A stretch of 26,677 bases of DNA from a virus (Duplodnaviria; Caudoviricetes): positions 1 through 26,677 of the IMG/VR virus record IMGVR_UViG_3300032330_000702; one strand, 5' to 3'. Shown here in pieces: positions 25,554 to 26,677 of the stretch (position 1 is its first letter; each line of letters opens with the position of its first letter). The notes below the pieces were generated by a model. That model was not told where the DNA came from, did not search any database, and saw only the letters and a list, made by a program, of their open reading frames with translations. The position numbers were made by a program, and so were the translations under genes.

Positions 25554-25969
25554 ACTTTACCTCCAGAAGCGTAACCGCAACCTTTAGCCATGCCACCTTT
25601 TTTAAGTTTTAATGAAGTACCTTTACCGCCTTTATGTTCTTGAGCATCGTGTTGTTTAAATGCTTTTTTGATCATAGCTTTGTCTTGTGCCATGTCCATT
25701 TTTGTATCTTCTTTCATGTCTGATTTAGCCATACCGCCTTTTTTCATGTAGCCCATTTTATTTCTAACCTCCGTTGGTAATTTTGATAATCCAGGATTTT
25801 CACTAGAATCAACTGCTTTAAGTGCGCCTCCTGCTCCGAATTTCTTGCCCTTGTCTGCTTTATTAAATTCCTTTGCCACTGACATAGGAACGCCTACTTT
25901 TTTAGCAAACGCAGGGTTGTGAGCTGCGGCCGCCATTAAATTTCTTTGTGCTTTTGATTTACTTGGCAT
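25490..25969 (-). CDS. Basic hypothetical protein with several GG motifs and C-terminal tag
   Basis: 159 aa starting MPSKSKAQRNLMAAAAHNPAFAKKVGVP; contains FGAGG, MKKGG, LKKGG and YASGG; ends in ANGIAKKGKSKGTII. Confidence 0.8.
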   Translation of the reverse strand: MPSKSKAQRNLMAAAAHNPAFAKKVGVPMSVAKEFNKADKGKKFGAGGALKAVDSSENPGLSKLPTEVRNKMGYMKKGGMAKSDMKEDTKMDMAQDKAMIKKAFKQHDAQEHKGGKGTSLKLKKGGMAKGCGYASGGKVSQLAKANGIAKKGKSKGTII

Positions 25970-26216
25970 TTTGATTTCTCCATCTTACGCATTTTAAACA
26001 GTTACAATCATCAAAGTAATGACCGGGTTTTAGAAAGACTTCTTCTTGTTTTACTTCTGCAAATATTGCTTCTACCGCAGCTTCTGTAGCTTGTGTTTGA
26101 ACTATATGTTTTTCAATACTTGTTTCAATTTGTTCACTAAGTATTGCTTTATTTTCTTTAATTTGTTCAGCGTCGTGTTTTCTTTTTTTAAATATTCTAT
26201 CTATAAAAGCTTTCAT
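25959..26216 (-). CDS. Hypothetical protein with C-terminal CxCxxC
   Basis: 85 aa with an AGGAG RBS and H..DDCNCLKC. Confidence 0.65.
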   Translation of the reverse strand: MKAFIDRIFKKRKHDAEQIKENKAILSEQIETSIEKHIVQTQATEAAVEAIFAEVKQEEVFLKPGHYFDDCNCLKCVRWRNQNAK

Positions 26217-26224
26217 ATAAACTC

Positions 26225-26443
26225 CTATTTAAGCCAATGTGTTACTACCCAGCTAACAAATGCTGAACCAATCCCTGCGATAGCAATAAATACTTTCCAT
26301 CCACCTTCAATTTTACTCAAAGATTGCTCAATCTTATCTAATCTATCTTTTAATTCATCCATGTCTTTCATAAGCGTGTCCACATCTGACTGAATATGTT
26401 TAATCTCAATACCGTGTTCTGCTAATTCGCGTTCTGTACTCAT
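26225..26443 (-). CDS. Coiled-coil protein with a C-terminal TM helix (XhlA-like architecture)
   Basis: Start probably the ATG at 26443 (ATGA overlap; MSTERELAEH). Heptad pattern followed by a hydrophobic WKVFIAIAGIGSAFVSWVV segment. Confidence 0.7.
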   Translation of the reverse strand: MSTERELAEHGIEIKHIQSDVDTLMKDMDELKDRLDKIEQSLSKIEGGWKVFIAIAGIGSAFVSWVVTHWLK

Positions 26444-26677
26444 TTGCAATTCCACCTTTTTAAAGAAGCGGCTTTACGTGTAGGTCTACCTTTTTCATCT
26501 TTCATAGGACCAGGCATACCAGACATACGTGCACAAAATGACTTCTTACGAGGTCCACCTTGTGGTTGTGGTGCCTTTAAATGTGAGCCTGTAGCTGCAT
26601 TATATTTAGCACGACCTTTAGCGGTAAGACCTGCGCCTTTTGACACAGGGAGCTTCTCACCACGTCCGACTGCTAAA
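26440..26677 (-). CDS. Small basic phage protein (DUF6321-like), 5'-truncated by the window edge
   Basis: The frame stays open to the edge (...LAVGRGEKLPVSKGAGLTAKGRAKY); contains RKKSFCARM...SLKRWNC. Confidence 0.7.
   Translation of the reverse strand, partial: LAVGRGEKLPVSKGAGLTAKGRAKYNAATGSHLKAPQPQGGPRKKSFCARMSGMPGPMKDEKGRPTRKAASLKRWNCK

Noticed and set aside
1-26677. Stop-codon reassignment, tRNA genes, integrase or IS elements, and a specific host assignment
   Set aside because: Genes tile the window under the standard code with TAA/TAG/TGA stops. Intergenic gaps are too short for RNA genes and no recombinase motifs were seen. The host cannot be determined from this window.

Overview
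This is a 26.7-kb piece of a tailed dsDNA bacteriophage (Caudoviricetes, probably podovirus-like with a P22-type gene order). It covers the virion morphogenesis and lysis region. All credible genes are on the minus strand and tightly packed, many with ATGA/TAATG overlaps. In transcription order (right to left): (1) a cluster of small Lys/Gly-rich basic proteins; (2) two head-tail adaptor-like genes and a Zn-ribbon protein; (3) a SAM-methyltransferase/DUF115 (MptE/Maf-like) fusion among tail genes; (4) a repeat protein, tail fibre and Gly-rich tip; (5) an AT-rich cassette with a cupin and 2OG-Fe(II) oxygenases; (6) a three-gene exported Cys-rich cassette; (7) 3-TM holin, an inserted oxygenase-like gene and a GH24 lysozyme; (8) a gp10-like tail hub; (9) a GNAT-like protein and three probable ejection proteins; (10) the 5' part of a large polyvalent protein with an ADP-ribosyltransferase-like domain, which is missing from the ORF track because it runs off the window. 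The most striking unexplained signal is a motif, [FYM]-[AK]-x-G-G. I count it 16 times in six otherwise dissimilar proteins (two ejection proteins and four small basic proteins), often at module boundaries, which suggests a virion polyprotein-processing or packaging-tag system. One bracketed module looks like a beta-barrel ending in a BAM-type beta-signal. A probable out-of-frame gene is nested just upstream of the ART domain. No terminase, portal, major capsid, tRNA, CRISPR or IS element was recognised. Family assignments come from motif recognition, not from database searches.
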